From a bacterium (GTDB taxonomy: Bacteria > Arandabacterota > Arandabacteria > Arandabacterales > JALGWA01), in NCBI GenBank assembly GCA_050125095.1, contig JASFEA010000073.1:1-16198 (forward strand): 16,198 nt of DNA, given 5' to 3'. The translations under genes were made by a program, and so were the position numbers. Shown here piece by piece: positions 14,423 to 16,198 of this stretch. Position 1 is the first letter of the stretch; every line of letters begins with the position of its first letter. The notes under the pieces were generated by a model. That model was not told the origin of the DNA. It made no database searches and saw nothing but the letters and a program-made list of their open reading frames with translations.

Positions 14423-16192
14423 ATGGCGAGGATAGGCGTCTTCGTCTGCCATTGCGGTTCGAATATCGCGGCGACTGTGGACGTCCGGGCAGTGGCTGAG
14501 GCCGCCTCCCGTTTCCCGGGCGTCGTGCATTCGGTGGAATACAGGTACATGTGCTCCGATCCCGGGCAGAAGATGATCGCGGAAACCATCAGGGAGAAGG
14601 ATCTCACGGGCGTCGTTGTGGCGGCATGCAGCCCGAGGATGCACGAGCCGACCTTCAGGAGACTTGCGGAGAAGACCGAACTCAATCCCTTCCTGGTGGA
14701 GATGGCGAATATCAGGGAGCATTGCTCATGGGTGCACGACGACCGCGGCGAGGCCACGGCCAAGGCCATAGAGACCGTGAGAATGCTCGTCGAGAAAGTC
14801 CGCAGGAACTCGCCTCTCGAACAAATACGCGTCCCCGTCACCAGGCGGGCACTTGTGGTGGGCGGCGGCATCGCGGGCATACAGGCGGCGCTGGACCTCG
14901 TGAACGCCGGCGTTGAGACCATACTCATAGAGCGCTCACCCTCCATAGGCGGCAAGATGGCGATGCTGGACGAGACCTTCCCGACGCTTGACTGCTCCCA
15001 GTGCATACTGACTCCCAAGATGGTGGAGCTGAGCCAGCATCCCCTGGCCAGGCTGTATACGTATGCGGAGCTCGACGGCGTGGAGGGCTATGTCGGCAAT
15101 TTCAAGGTCAAGGTCAGACAGAAGGCAAGGTCCGTGGACCACGACAAGTGCACAGGCTGCGGCCTGTGCATCGAGAAGTGCCCGTCGAGGGTGCCCAGCG
15201 AATTCGAAAGGGGACTGGCCGACAGGAAGTCCATTTACGTTCCTTTCCCCCAGGCCGTCCCCGATAAGCCCGTTCTCGACCGCGAGACCTGCATCTGGTT
15301 TACGCAGGGCAAATGCGGCGCCTGCAGGGAGATATGCCCGGTCGAGGCGATTGACTACGAGGACGCCGACGAGATCAGCGAACATGAAGTCGGCGCCATA
15401 GTGGTCGCCACCGGCTATGACATCATAGGGCGCTCGCTCTACGGGGAGTATGGCTACGGGAAACTCGTAGACGTCGTCGACGGGCTCCAGTTCGAGCGGA
15501 TGTGCAGCGCCTCCGGGCCGACCTCCGGCAGGATCGTGAGGCCCTCGGACGGGGAGGTTCCCAAGACCGTCGTCTTCATACAATGCGTGGGCTCGAGGGA
15601 TGATTCCAAGGGCAGACCCTACTGCTCCAAGATATGCTGCATGTACACGGCCAAGCACTCGATGCTCTACAAGCACAAGGTAGAGGACGGCAAGGCCTAT
15701 GTTTTCTATATCGACGTCAGGGCCGGGGGTAAAGGCTATGAGGAGTTCGTGAACCGCGCCGTGGACGAAGACCGCGTCGTGTACCTGAGGGGAAGGGTCT
15801 CGCGGATTTACGAGAGGGACGGCACTCTCTTCGTCAAAGGCGCGGACACGCTTTCCGGTCACCAGATAGAGATCAGGGCGGATCTTGTGGTGCTGGCCAG
15901 CGCCGTGACGGCGGCGGAGGGAGCCCGGGAGCTGGGCCAGAAGCTGCGGATAATTTCCGACAGGTACGGCTTCTTCACCGAGGCGCATCCCAAGCTCCGG
16001 CCGGTGGAAACCAACACCGCCGGGGTGTTCCTGGCCGGCGCGTGCCAGGCGCCCAGGGACATACCCGACAGCGTCTCGCAGGCGAGCGCTGCGGCCAGCA
16101 AGGTTCTGGGTCTTCTTTCCGCCGACGAGCTCGTGCGCGAGCCGCTGGTGGCCCGGGTAAACGAAGACCTCTGCACGGGCTGTTTCGCATAA
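14423..16192 (+). CDS. hdrA: Heterodisulfide reductase subunit A, apparently truncated at the C-terminus
   Basis: RIGVFVCHCGSNIA, ACSPRMHE, NIREHCSW, FAD motif GGGIAG, TFPTLDC, inserted ferredoxin domain, IQCVGSRD, YCSKICC and GVFLAGACQ. Ends CTGCFA* within an Fe-S motif. Confidence 0.93.
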   Translation: MARIGVFVCHCGSNIAATVDVRAVAEAASRFPGVVHSVEYRYMCSDPGQKMIAETIREKDLTGVVVAACSPRMHEPTFRRLAEKTELNPFLVEMANIREHCSWVHDDRGEATAKAIETVRMLVEKVRRNSPLEQIRVPVTRRALVVGGGIAGIQAALDLVNAGVETILIERSPSIGGKMAMLDETFPTLDCSQCILTPKMVELSQHPLARLYTYAELDGVEGYVGNFKVKVRQKARSVDHDKCTGCGLCIEKCPSRVPSEFERGLADRKSIYVPFPQAVPDKPVLDRETCIWFTQGKCGACREICPVEAIDYEDADEISEHEVGAIVVATGYDIIGRSLYGEYGYGKLVDVVDGLQFERMCSASGPTSGRIVRPSDGEVPKTVVFIQCVGSRDDSKGRPYCSKICCMYTAKHSMLYKHKVEDGKAYVFYIDVRAGGKGYEEFVNRAVDEDRVVYLRGRVSRIYERDGTLFVKGADTLSGHQIEIRADLVVLASAVTAAEGARELGQKLRIISDRYGFFTEAHPKLRPVETNTAGVFLAGACQAPRDIPDSVSQASAAASKVLGLLSADELVREPLVARVNEDLCTGCFA

Positions 16193-16198
16193 GTGCTA

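Noticed and set aside
8178-15988. Minus-strand ORFs opposite the rnf and hdr genes (e.g. 8178-8798, 10888-11919, 13388-14365, 14936-15988)
   Set aside because: Same shadow-ORF effect; they lie almost entirely opposite confident + strand genes.
16190-16192. Selenocysteine read-through in HdrA
   Set aside because: The stop is TAA, not TGA, and no downstream sequence is available to assess a SECIS element.

Overview
GC-rich bacterial window, probably from an anaerobe, with every credible gene on the + strand. In order: the 3' end of a probable tsaC/sua5, a low-molecular-weight (probably arginine) phosphatase, rpiB and a dCMP deaminase. Next is a sigma70-type promoter overlapped by two NrdR boxes 31 bp apart. 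It precedes a tightly packed run of nrdR, nrdD (class III ribonucleotide reductase with two ATP cones and a CCR finger loop), a CxxC redoxin (NrdH-like), nrdG, rnfCDGEA, an uncharacterised lipoprotein, rnfB and tatC. A 30-bp tandem repeat and a structured GC-rich spacer follow, then hdrC-hdrB-hdrA. The main point of interest is a redoxin-dependent anaerobic RNR operon physically joined to an Rnf complex and followed by HdrABC, suggesting (inference only) an electron-supply route for dNTP synthesis. The Rnf is atypical: RnfG has a ~100-aa insertion and a lipoprotein gene splits rnfA from rnfB. HdrA stops at TAA in the middle of an Fe-S motif, 6 nt from the window end. All assignments come from motif recognition by eye; no database searches were run.
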